In this document: positions 1 through 9,968 of the stretch, in pieces | Numbering within the stretch: position 1 is the first letter of the stretch | Layout: every line of letters starts with the position of its first letter | Assembly: GCA_014905635.1 (NCBI GenBank) | Contig: JABVCE010000018.1 | Coordinates: forward strand, 248,001-312,000 | DNA from: Scenedesmus sp. PABB004 | Lineage: Eukaryota | DNA length: 64,000 nucleotides | Reading direction: 5' to 3' | Notes under the pieces: generated by a model | Database searches by the model: none | Seen by the model: only the letters and a program-made list of their open reading frames with translations | Told to the model about the DNA's origin: nothing | Made by a program: the position numbers and the translations under genes

Positions 1-161
1 GCTCGGCCCGCGCCCCAGAGCCGCGCCCCGCACCGCCGCGCCCGCAGTCGCTCCTCCGTTGTACTCTCCACCCGCACGTACCGCGCGATTGCGCTGTGGA
101 GCGGGCGCGCGCGCGCTCGACACCTCAGCAGCAGGCGTGACGCAGGCGCTCGCGCAGCGCC

Positions 162-1199
162 ATGCTGGCCGCCCGCCCGCTGGCCGCGCGCCTGGCGCGT
201 AGCGTGGCCACGCTGGAGCGGCCTGCAGGGCGGGCGCCGTGCGCTCGCGGCAGCCCGGCGCCGCGCGCTAGGCGCAGCCTGGCGGCGTGCGCCCGCGGCA
301 TCAGCCCGGCGCCGTGCGCTCGCGGCAGCCCGGCGCCGCGCGCTCGCCGCAGCCTGGCGGCGCGCGCGGGGCCGCCTGCTGGCAGCGAGCGCTCGTGGTC
401 GGAGATCGCGGCGGAGGGCGCCGAGGTGGTCAAGGCCGCGCTGACCAAGATCAAGGACTCCATACTCAAGCCCGCGGCGCGGCCCCCGCAGGCGCCGCTG
501 CGCCGCCGCGACGGTGCGCAGCTGTCGCTCGGCTCGCGCGGTCGCCGCCGCCGCCCGCGTCTGTCTGCTCACGCCCGCGCCCGGCGCCGCCGCGCGCAGA
601 GCCGCCGCAGCAGCAGGGCCTCGCCGGGCTGCCGGGGGGCCTGCTCGGCGGCCTGGTCGGCGGCCTGGTCGGCAGCGCCGTCAAGGGCCTCGCACGGGAG
701 CTGGAGCGCAGCGCGGCGGACGGCCGCAGCGTGGCCGACACGGCGGCGCGGCGCATCGGCGCCAGCGCGCGCCTGCAGCGCCGCCTGGGCGCGGTGCGGG
801 CCGGCCCGCCGCTCAGCCAGGCGGTCAGCAGCAGCAGCATCAACGGCCGCGTGCAGAAGCGCGTGCAGCTCGTCCTGCCGGTCGTCAACGCCGCCGGCGC
901 GATGGTCGCCCAGGCGCAGGTCACGGCGGTCGAGGGCGACGCGATGCAACACGAGTGCCGCATCGCGGTGCGTGCTGCCCCCCCCCCTGCTGCGCCTGGC
1001 GTGCACGTGGCGGTGCTCCCTGCGCCGAGCCGCCCCGCCCGGGCCCGCGCCGCCGCCGCGGCAGGTCCGCATGCCAGAGGGCGACACGCTGCTGCTGGAC
1101 GACGACGACGACGGCGGCGACGCCGCCGGCAGCGGCGCGCCGCGCGCGGGCAGGCAGGGCGAGGTGATCGTGGACGCGGAGTTCAAGGACCTCAGCTGA
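162..1199 (+). CDS. Hypothetical protein, 3 exons, probable organelle transit peptide
   Basis: ATG 162 in GCCATG context; exons ~162-513, ~600-967, ~1065-1199 join at GT-AG into one frame (SWSEIAAEG...PLSQAVSSSSINGRVQKRVQLVLPV...VIVDAEFKDLS*). Ala/Arg-rich N-terminus contains a ~75-bp internal duplication. Confidence 0.7.
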   Translation: MLAARPLAARLARSVATLERPAGRAPCARGSPAPRARRSLAACARGISPAPCARGSPAPRARRSLAARAGPPAGSERSWSEIAAEGAEVVKAALTKIKDSILKPAARPPQAPLRRRDGAQLSLGSRGRRRRPRLSAHARARRRRAQSRRSSRASPGCRGACSAAWSAAWSAAPSRASHGSWSAARRTAAAWPTRRRGASAPARACSAAWARCGPARRSARRSAAAASTAACRSACSSSCRSSTPPARWSPRRRSRRSRATRCNTSAASRCVLPPPLLRLACTWRCSLRRAAPPGPAPPPRQVRMPEGDTLLLDDDDDGGDAAGSGAPRAGRQGEVIVDAEFKDLS

Positions 1200-1460
1200 C
1201 CAGCTACCTCAGCTAATCAGCTTTCGTGGACGCGGAGTTGAAGGACCGCAGCTGGGGTGCCTGTCAGCTAGCTGATGAGTTGCGGTTGTCAGCCAGCTGA
1301 CCAGCGGCGCACGGACGGCGCGTGAGCGAGTTTGGGGAGGGGGGCCGCGGGCTGGCCGGGCTGAGCCTGCGCTGAGGGGAGAGAACCCAGTTTTGGGGTG
1401 CACACGGTTGCGCCTGCGCGCGAGGGCGGCGAAGACGCGTTGGGGCCTTGGGTTGTCATG

Positions 1461-2627
1461 TCACCCGGCTGCTCCCCCGGCGCCGGCCGCCGGCCGCCGC
1501 GCGACGAGCCACCACGCGAGCGGCCGCCGCCCGAACGCGGCCTCGTAGTGCGGCGTCGGGTCGAAGCGCGTGGCCTGGAGCTGCACCAGCTCAAAGCCCG
1601 CGCCCAGCAGCGGCCCCAGCAGCTCATGCGCGGTCAGCGCGGCCGGCCCGCCCGCCGCCGGCTCGGCGGCGTTGCCGGCCAGCAGCAGCAGCAGCCCACC
1701 CGGGCGCAGCAGGCGGAACAGCAGCGCCGGCAGCGTGTCGCCTGCGCCGCGGGCGTGGTCGGCGCGCAGCGCGTGGTAGGTCTGGCAGTCGTACAGCGCG
1801 TCAAAGCCCCCGCCGCCGGGGAGCTCGTCGGCCAGGCGCTGCGCGTCAAACACGTCGTGGACCATGAACCGCGGGTTGTCGGGCGGCAGTCCTGCGCGCG
1901 CGGCGCCCGCCGCCGCGGCCGCGACCGCGCGCGGCACGATGTCGATGCCGGTGACGGCGAACCCCGCCGCCGCGAGCCACGCCGCGCTCGCGCCGCTGCC
2001 GCAGCCTGCCTCGAGCACCGCGCCGCCGCGCGGCGGCTTGGTGCCGGCGCAGCCGGCGCACGCGTGCAGCGCGGGCGGCGGGCCGGCGCCGGCGGCGGGC
2101 GCCTGCGGCGGCAGCGCGACACCGCCGCGCTCCGCCGCCGCCGCGAGCGCGGCCGCGCTGTTCGCGTCGTCCGCGCCGGCGGGCAGCTGCGGCTCGCAGC
2201 GCGTGCAGGAGGTCAGGAACTCCACCAGCTGCGACGCGGGGCGGTGCGAGTCCCAGGGCGGCTGCTCGCGGTCGTAGTACGCCTCCCACTTGGCGGCGGC
2301 GCTCCGCGGCGGCCCCGGGGCCGCGCCGCCGCCATGCGCGCCAAGCGGCGGTGGGCCGCCAAGTGGCCGCCGCCGCGCCGCCCCGGGGCCGCCGCCGCGC
2401 CGCCGCCCCGGGGGCCGCGCTGGCGCCAGCGGCAGCGGCGTGCCGCAGCGGCGGTCGCGGCAGCACGCGGGCGGGGCGCACGTGTGCGTTGCGGCACGCC
2501 TGTGGAGGCGCGTTCGTGCCGCCAGCGCCTGAATGGACGCGCCGGCGCTGCGCGTTGCGGGCGTCACCGACGCGCCGCTGCCCGTCCGTTTGCCGCCCGC
2601 CGCCGCTGTGCGTCTCCATGCACCCAT
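1461..2627 (-). CDS. Class I SAM-dependent methyltransferase (TPMT/Methyltransf_25-like)
   Basis: WEAYYDREQPPWD, motif I VLEAGCGSG, VTGIDIV, FDALYDCQTYHAL, LLRPGG. True start uncertain; conserved part spans ~1461-2295. Confidence 0.8.
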   Translation of the reverse strand: MGAWRRTAAAGGKRTGSGASVTPATRSAGASIQALAARTRLHRRAATHTCAPPACCRDRRCGTPLPLAPARPPGRRRGGGPGAARRRPLGGPPPLGAHGGGAAPGPPRSAAAKWEAYYDREQPPWDSHRPASQLVEFLTSCTRCEPQLPAGADDANSAAALAAAAERGGVALPPQAPAAGAGPPPALHACAGCAGTKPPRGGAVLEAGCGSGASAAWLAAAGFAVTGIDIVPRAVAAAAAGAARAGLPPDNPRFMVHDVFDAQRLADELPGGGGFDALYDCQTYHALRADHARGAGDTLPALLFRLLRPGGLLLLLAGNAAEPAAGGPAALTAHELLGPLLGAGFELVQLQATRFDPTPHYEAAFGRRPLAWWLVARRPAAGAGGAAG

Positions 2628-2746
2628 TTCGACCCAGACCCCTCACGGCACCGCACAGCGACACGGCGCGCCACCTCCCGCCGCGCCCGCCACACGCGCC
2701 GCCACTTGAGCACGCGACCGCCTGGCACGCTCGGCCCGCGTCCGCC

Positions 2747-3240
2747 ATGGCGGCGTCCGCCCTGGGCGCGCGGCCCCGCACCTGCTGCCTCTGCGCCAGC
2801 GCTGGACCGCGGCGGCAGCAGCCCCGCTCGCCCGCCGCCCGCGCGCCGCAGCAGCGGCGGCAGCCCGGCGGCGCGGGCGGGCACGCGGCGCGGGCGCTGG
2901 CTGCGCGCGCGGCTCGTGACAAGCAGGGCGCCGCCAGCAGCGACGGGAGCAGCACAGACGCACTCATCGACGCGTTCAACGCGCTGGCGGGGCCGCTCAA
3001 GGGGTGCGCGCTGCGCCGCGCACCGCACGCGGGCGCCCGCGCGCCGCAGCCCGCCCGCCGCCCTGCGCCCAGCGCGCGCCGCGCCGCGCAGCATCGTCGG
3101 CACGCCCCTCTACACCGGCATCGAACTCGCGGTGCTGCTGGTGCGCCGCCGCCACACGCCGCCGGGCGCCGCGGGGCCAGCGCCGCGCCGCGCCGCCCCG
3201 CGCCGCCCGGCCCCCACCGCCGCCGCACGCCCCCACCGCC

Positions 3241-3279
<39 letters not shown>

Positions 3280-3611
3280 CGCCAGGCCACGCTGGCGCTC
3301 ATTGACGCCGCGTTCTCCGGCGACTGGTCGCGCATCGGCGTCATCACGCAGGGTGCGCGCCGCGCGGCTCGGCGCCGCCGCGCGGCCCGGCGCAGCGGTC
3401 GCGTTGCCCACCCCGCGCCGCGCGCCGCGCGCCCGCAGACACGGAGACGCTGCTGCAGCGGCTCGTGCTCGTGATCGCCGTGCTGCACGCAGGCACGGGC
3501 GCGGCCGCGGGCGCCGTCGCGGCGCGCCGCGGGCGCGGCGTCGCGGCCGCGGCGCTGCGCGGCTTCCTGTTTGGCACGCTGGGCGTGTACGAGCAGACGG
3601 CGCAGGAGTGA
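2747..3611 (+). CDS. Small conserved green-lineage membrane protein, probably plastid-targeted
   Basis: ATG 2747, transit-peptide-like N-terminus; 4 exons give LALIDAAFSGDWSRIGVITQDTETLLQ (motif recalled from uncharacterised plant proteins) followed by hydrophobic helices; TGA 3609-3611. Confidence 0.7.
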
Positions 3612-3913
3612 CGCGGCGGCGGCGGCGGCTGGCGAGCGGCGGCGCGGGAGGGCTGGGCTGGGCTGCCTGCGCGGCGCTGAGCAGCGCCACGCCAGCGACC
3701 ACTGCCAAACGGCTGGCCAATGGCCGGCCGAGCGGGTCGAGCACCGTCGCGCGGCCCTGGGTGCTCGTGCTGTGCACGCGATGCAAACGTCACATCACGT
3801 GAGGCTGCCCGCCAGCTCGGCAGCCCCGCCGCCCGCCGCCGTCAGCTCGCCGCGGCGAGCGCCTCCACCGCAGCCGGCTCCGCTGCCGCCTGGGCCTCGC
3901 CGCCCGCCGCCGG

Positions 3914-5713
3914 CTAGCCGGCGCCCTCGTCCGCCGCAGCCGCCGCAGCCGCCGCAGCTGGCTCGGCCTCCACGGGCGCCTCAGCGGTGGGCGCCTCAGC
4001 GGCGGCCGCCGCTGCTGTGCCGTTGCTGCCGCCCTCGCCGGCCTCGCCGCCCGCCGGCGGCGCCTCCGCGGCCGCGCCAGCCCCGTGTGACGCCGGCGCC
4101 GCCGCGCCGCCGCCGGCGGCCGCGCCGTCGGCGCCCTCCGCCGCGGCAGGCCCCGACGCTGCGGGCGCCGCCGCCTCGCCGCCCTCCCCCGGCGCGCCGC
4201 CGCCGGGCTGCTGCTCGCCGCCGTCGCCGCCGTCGCCGCCCGCCGCGGCCGCGGCCGCCGCGGCCTCGGCCGCCGCGGCCTCGCGCGCGGCCTGGCGCCG
4301 GCGCTGCTGCTGCAGACGAGCCTCCTTGTCCTCGCGGTCGCCGCGCACGGGTGTCTTGCTCGGCGACACTCTCAGCGGCAGCGCGCCGAGCATCGCGCCG
4401 CTGCAGTTGAGCGCCGCCATCGCCGCCTCGGCCTGAATGAACTCGATGAACGCGATGCGCGTCGAGTGCGCCATGTCGCCCAGGAGCCGGATCTTGCCCA
4501 CCTTGCCTGCACGCCGGCGGCGCGCGGCGCCGGCGGCGAGCGGCGGTGAGCGGCGGCCGGCGCACGGGCGCCCGCGGCGCCGGGCGCGCGGCGGCGTGCC
4601 GGAAAGCGTGCGCAGCGCGCGCGGCGCGTGCGGCAGGGGGCCGCGCACCGCAGAGCTGCTCGAAGAAGCCGCGCACGTCGTCCCGGTCGAGTCCCTTGTC
4701 GATGTTGGCGACGTACACGGTGCGGCTGCAGCGCTCCAGCTCCTCGTGGCTGCGCGGGCGCGGCGGCACGGGCGCGCGGGGCGCCAGGCAGCGGGCGTCT
4801 CGGCCGCACGCGGCGGCAGCCCGTCCTCGCCGCGCTCGCGCTGCCCGTTGCGCCAGCACTGCGTGAGCTGAGCTGGCGCGTGCGTGACACACACACACAC
4901 ACACACGCACCTGCGGGGCATGAGCTCCTTGTTGACCGGGACGATCGCCGTCTTGCTTGGCAGCACGTGCAGCTGGCTGCCGCCCAGCGTGGAGCCGCTC
5001 TTGTGCAGCGCCTGCGCCGCGGCGGCGCGGCGGCGCGGCGGCGGCGGACGCGTGGGCGGCAGCGGCGCGCGCGGCGGCGCGCTGCGGCGTGCTGCGGCGC
5101 GCCGCGGCGCGCGCCTGCTGCGCGCCGGCGGGCTCCAGGAACTCAATGAAGGCGAACCGCATCGCGCTGTTGGGGTCGCCGCAGATGCGGCAGTCCATCA
5201 CGGTGCCGCAGTCGGCAAAGAACGTGGCGAGCGACTCCTCGGTGACCTGCTGGTCCAGGCAGCTGATGTAAACGGTGCGCTTGACGTTTTCCTCAAGCCC
5301 CCGCTGCACGCGCCGCCCGCCGCCGCCGCCGCTGCGGCCCTGCTGCTGCCCCGGGCCCATCTGCTGCTGCTGCAGCGGCCCCTGCTGCTGCGGCGGCCCG
5401 CCGCCGCCGCACGGGCCCTGCCCCGGCGGCGGGGGCCGGCCATGCGCATGCCGTGCATGGGGGGCCCCATCAGCCCCGGGGGCATGAGGCCGCCGTAGCC
5501 GTCCGGCAGCCCGGGGGGCCGCCGAAGCCGGCCGGCACCATGCCCGGCGGCGGCGCGCGCGCGTAGCCCCCGTACGCCTGCTGCGCGCCGCCCGGCGGCG
5601 GCGCGTAGCCGCCGTACGCCTGCTGCCCGCCCGGCGGCGCGTAGCCCCCCATGCCCAGGCGCTCCATGCCCTGCGCCAGCGCCATGGGGTCGCCGCCGTA
5701 GCCGCCGCCGCCG

Positions 5714-5758
<45 letters not shown>

Positions 5759-5913
5759 GCGCCGGGCGGCATCATGCCGTACGGCACCATGCCCGGCGGC
5801 AGGCCGTAGGGCGAGGGCATGCTCATGTAGCGCAATTGCTGCTCGTATGCGGCGCTCCCGCCCCCGCCGCCGCCCCACTGCTGCTGCGGCTGCTGCTGCG
5901 GCTGTTGCGCCAT
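3914..5913 (-). CDS. Two-RRM PABP-interacting protein (plant CID8-13 type) with Q/G/Y-rich N-terminus
   Basis: RTVYISCLDQQVTEESLATFFADCGTVMDCRICGDPNSAMRFAFIEF, VLPSKTAIVPVN, RTVYVANIDK, IRLLGDMAHSTRIAFIEF, LRVSPSKTPVR match CID RRM1/RRM2. Reaching ATG 5913 needs two 1-nt corrections (~5433, ~5512). Confidence 0.88.
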
Positions 5914-6077
5914 TGCGCGCGCCTGCACCACCACCGGCGAGCGAGGCCTGCAGGCGGGCGGCGCCGCGGCGTCAGCGGGCGCGCGCGGCGGTCCGGCGGC
6001 GCGCCGCGCGCCCGCTGACGCCCCAGAGTGTGCCCCCCCCCCCCACACACACACGCCACAGTCGCGCGAGCACCCAC

Positions 6078-7065
6078 CTGCAGCTCCTCCACGCTCGCCT
6101 GCAGCGCCGGGCCTGCGTCGGCCTGCCGCTCCTCGAAGCGCACGCGCCGCTTGCGCTCGCGCCGGCCCTGCGAGCCCTCGCCGCCGCCGTCCTGGGCCGC
6201 GGGCGTGCCCTCGTCGCCGGCTGCGCACGGCGGCGGCGGCGGCGCGGCCGGGCGCGTGAGCGCACGCGCGCGCGGGGCTGGGCGTCCACCGGGCGCCCAG
6301 CGCGGCGCGCGCCCTGCGCGCCCACGCACAGGCCTCGCCCGAGCCGTCCTCGTCGTCGTCCTCGACGCCGCCGCCCGGCCGGGTCGCCTCCAGGCCCAGC
6401 GCAACCTCCTGCGCCGGCGCGGCGCGGCGGGCGTCCCGTCGGCGCGCGCCCTGCCCCGCAGCCGCGCCGGCGCTGCCCGCCGCGCCGCGCGCCGGCGCAC
6501 CGCGGGCAGCCAGTGCAGCGGCGCGTCGTCGCCGGGCGCGGCCTCGTCCTCCTCGTCGCTCGAAAAGACGCGCAGCGGCGGGCGGCTGAGCACGTCGACC
6601 GGCCCGTCCTCCTCCTCGCCGCACGCCTCCTTGCCGCGCGGCGCCGCCGGGGGGCGCTCGTTGACGTCAAACTCGTCCTCCGCCTCCACGTACTCCTCGT
6701 TGGCCTCGAGCTCCTGCGCGCCGCGCCGCGGCGGAGGAAGGGGAGGGGCGGACGTGCGGCGCCGCGCGCGCGGCGACGTGGGCGGCGGCGCGGCGCGGCG
6801 GCGCGCGCGCGCGCAGCGGCAGCGTGGGCGGCTGAGGCCGCGCGGGACCGCGGCCGCGGCGGCCGCGGCGCGGCGCGGCGCGCGCCTTGAACTCGGGCGC
6901 GAACGCGCTCCAGTTTTCGGCAAAGACCTGGGCCCACAGGTAGACCTGCGGCGGCGGCGGCGCGCGGGGCGGGGCGGCGCGAGTCGGAGGCCAGCAGGCG
7001 CGCGAGGCCCGGACCGCGCGCGCGGGCGCGCGCACCCGGCCGTTGCCGGACACCGTCACGAGGCG
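6078..7065 (-). pseudogene. RBBP5: 3' fragment of RBBP5/Swd1 (COMPASS subunit): last WD strand plus acidic tail; no upstream WD40 exons in window
   Basis: Spliced exons read LVTVSGNGR|VYLWAQVFAENWSAFAPEFK|ELEANEEYVEAEDEFDVNE, the hallmark RBBP5 ENWSAFAP.F.ELE.N.EY.E.EDEFD segment. Confidence 0.75.
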
Positions 7066-7072
7066 CTCTCAC

Positions 7073-7695
7073 CCACGCGCGCCCGCCGCGCGGCGCGGCG
7101 GCGTCGGCGGCCTTGGCCGCGTTGTCGCGCTCCAGGAAGGCCGGGTTGGCGAGCAGCTCGGCGGCGTAGACGGCAGTAAAGAGCCGCGCCGGCGGCGGCA
7201 GGCCGCGCGTCGCCGCACCGCCCGGCGCCGGGCCCGCGGCAGCATAGAGCGACAGCAGCGGCGCGTGCATGCGCCTGGCGGCGGCAGCGCGGGCGGGCCG
7301 CGGCGCGGGTGAGCCGCGGCGAGGACTGGGCGGGCGGGCGGCGGCGAGCGCGGGCGCGCGGGCGCGCGCACCGTCGCCAGACCTCCTTGCACTCGCTCGC
7401 CTCGCCCCAGCGCCGCGACACGAGCGCCGCCGCGCCGAGCAGGTCGCCGGCGTCCAGGAAGGAGAGCACCTGGCGCGGCGCAGACGGGGGGGGGGGTCGG
7501 CGGCGGCCCCGCGCCACGCGGGCAGCGGCGGCGCCGCGCCCACCGCCGCCGCCGCCGGCACCGCTGCCTCGGCCGGCCGCACCGTGCGCAGCGTGTGGTC
7601 GCACAGGACCTGGTCGGCCACCTCTGCTCTGCGGCGCACTGGGAGCTCCGCGCTGCGGGCCGCTCGGCCGGGGCGGGCGCCGCTTGCGGTGATGG
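7073..7695 (-). pseudogene. 5' part of an F-box gene, no ATG found
   Basis: Exons give LCDHTLRT|VLSFLDAGDLLGAAALVSRRWGEASECKEVWR (F-box), then ELLANPAF (FBA-like NLLxNP start), ending at W|GTGAGA donor ~7073. No in-frame ATG before the satellite; GCCATC at ~7691-7696 sits where a start might be. Confidence 0.6.
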
Positions 7696-7828
7696 CTGGC
7701 CCGCGGGCTGCGCTGGAGAGGGGGCGCCGCGCAGCTACACCCCGCCGTTCAAAAGCCCAGCGGGCCCCGCCCGCGCCCGCGCCCCGCCGCACTCCTCCCA
7801 ACCCAACGAGGCCTCACCGTCGGTGCGA

Positions 7829-8992
7829 CCCGGCCGGGCCAAAACCCGGCCCCGCCGGGCCAAAACCCGGCCCCGCCGGGCCAAAATTCGCCCTCCCGCG
7901 GCGCCGCCCGGCCAAAACCCGGCCCCGCCCCGCCAAAAGTCGCCCTCCCGCGGCGCCGCCGGGCCAAAACCTGGCCCCGCCGGGCCAAAACTCGCGCTCC
8001 CGCGGCGCCGCCGGGCCAAAACCTGGCCCCGCCGGGCCAAAACCCGGCCCCGCCGGGCCAAAACTCGCGCTCCCGCGGCGCCGCCGGGCCAAAACCCGGC
8101 CCCGCCGGGCCAAAACCCGGCCCCGCCCCGCCAAAAGTCGCCCTCCCGCGGCGCCGCCGGGCCAAAACCCGGCCCCGCCGGGCCAAAACCCGGCCCCGCC
8201 GGGCCAAAATTCGCCCTCCCGCGGCGCCGCCCGGCCAAAACCCGGCCCCGCCCCGCCAAAAGTCGCCCTCCCGCGGCGCCGCCGGGCCAAAACCTGGCCC
8301 CGCCGGGCCAAAACTCGCGCTCCCGCGGCGCCGCCGGGCCAAAACCTGGCCCCGCCGGGCCAAAACCCGGCCCCGCCGGGCCAAAACTCGCGCTCCCGCG
8401 GCGCCGCCGGGCCAAAACCCGGCCCCGCCGGGCCAAAACCCGGCCCCGCCGGGCCAAAACCCGGCCCCGCCCCGCCAAAAGTCGCCCTCCCGCGGCGCCG
8501 CCGGGCCAAAACCCGGCCCCGCCGGGCCAAAACCCGGCCCCGCCGGGCCAAAATTCGCCCTCCCGCGGCGCCGCCCGGCCAAAACCCGGCCCCGCCCCGC
8601 CAAAAGTCGCCCTCCCGCGGCGCCGCCGGGCCAAAACCTGGCCCCGCCGGGCCAAAACTCGCGCTCCCGCGGCGCCGCCGGGCCAAAACCTGGCCCCGCC
8701 GGGCCAAAACCCGGCCCCGCCGGGCCAAAACTCGCGCTCCCGCGGCGCCGCCGGGCCAAAACCCGGCCCCGCCGGGCCAAAACCCGGCCCCGCCGGGCCA
8801 AAATTCGCCCTCCCGCGGCGCCGCCCGGCCAAAACCCGGCCCCGCCCCGCCAAAATTCGCCTTCCCGCGGCGCCGCCGGGCCAAAACCCGGCCCCGCCGG
8901 GCCAAAACCCGGCCCCGCCCCGCCAAAAGTCGCCCTCCCGCGGCGCCGCCGGGCCAAAACCCGGCCCCGCCCCGCCAAAAGTCGCCCTCCCG
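7829..8992. repeat. Higher-order tandem repeat of 21-bp and 31-bp monomers
   Basis: About 47 monomers such as CCGGGCCAAAACCCGGCCCCG (21) and CCGGGCCAAAACTCGCGCTCCCGCGGCGCCG (31); the GGGCCAAAATTCG variant recurs at 7883, 8206, 8550, 8800 (periods 323, 344, 250). Confidence 0.97.
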
Positions 8993-9301
8993 GATTAGGA
9001 TCGGCCCAGGCGGCGGCGTCCGGCGCGCGGGAAAGGGCAGCGGTCGTCTCGGCGCGGCAAGCGGCGGCGCAGCTGCTTCTGCGGCTGCGGCCGGGGCGCC
9101 GCGCGTGTGGGGGCTGCTCGTGGGTGTCTGGGGAGGTCGGGCGAGGTGGGGATACGGGGGTACGGCGGGGTGCGGCGGTGCAGCGCCGCAAGCCCTGCGG
9201 CTCGGTCTGGGCGGCTGCGCGCGGGGGCGGTGGCCGGCAGCTCTCCAGGGCCCGCCGCGTCACACCACGCTGTTGTTGCAGCTCAGGCAGCACAACCGCT
9301 G

Positions 9302-9925
9302 TCACCGCCACGGCCACGCGAAGCGGCCGTCGCCGCCGGGCACGCCGACGAGCACGTCGGACTTGGCCGTGAGCTCCGGCTGCGCCAGCCGCACGAGCGC
9401 GGTGCGATACCCCCGCTCCGCCTGGCCGAGCAGGCGGTCGAGCTCGACGTTGCCCTTGGCCAGCGCCGCGGCCTCGCCGTGGGAGTGGCCCTCGGTGTGG
9501 GAGAAGTCGGCCGCGGCGGCGAGGAGCGGGAACAGGCGCACCGCCGCGTCGCCGCCGCCGCCGCCGCCGCCGCCCAGCGCGGCCACCTGCAGCGGGCTCA
9601 GCGGCTCCGCGCCCGGCGCGCCAGCGGCGCCCTGGGCGGCGGCGGCGACGCGCGCCGCGAGGGCGCCGAGGTGCTCCGAGAGCCAGGCGCTGCGCGGGTA
9701 GGTCATCTGGCCCGCCACGGCGGCGGCCGCGGCCGCGGCGGCGGCGGCGCCGTCGTCGGCGCTGTGCGCGAGCCCCGCGGCGTTGACCTTCCCCACCTTG
9801 CCGATGCAGCACGGGCTGACCACGACCGCCGCGCGCCGCACGCTCGCGACCGATAGCGCCCAATCGGTCGCACCGCCGCAGGCGTGCAGCGCCAGCACCA
9901 CGTCCGCGGGGCCTGGACGCGGGCA

Positions 9926-9968
<43 letters not shown>

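Noticed and set aside
5431..5520. Programmed ribosomal frameshifting in the CID gene
   Set aside because: Breaks fall in G/C homopolymers and recur in unrelated genes; consensus error is the simpler explanation.
7829..8992. CRISPR array, telomere, or the long repetitive ORFs across the satellite
   Set aside because: No unique spacers and no cas genes; the unit is not TTTAGGG/TTTTAGGG; all frames are open only because the unit has no stop codons.
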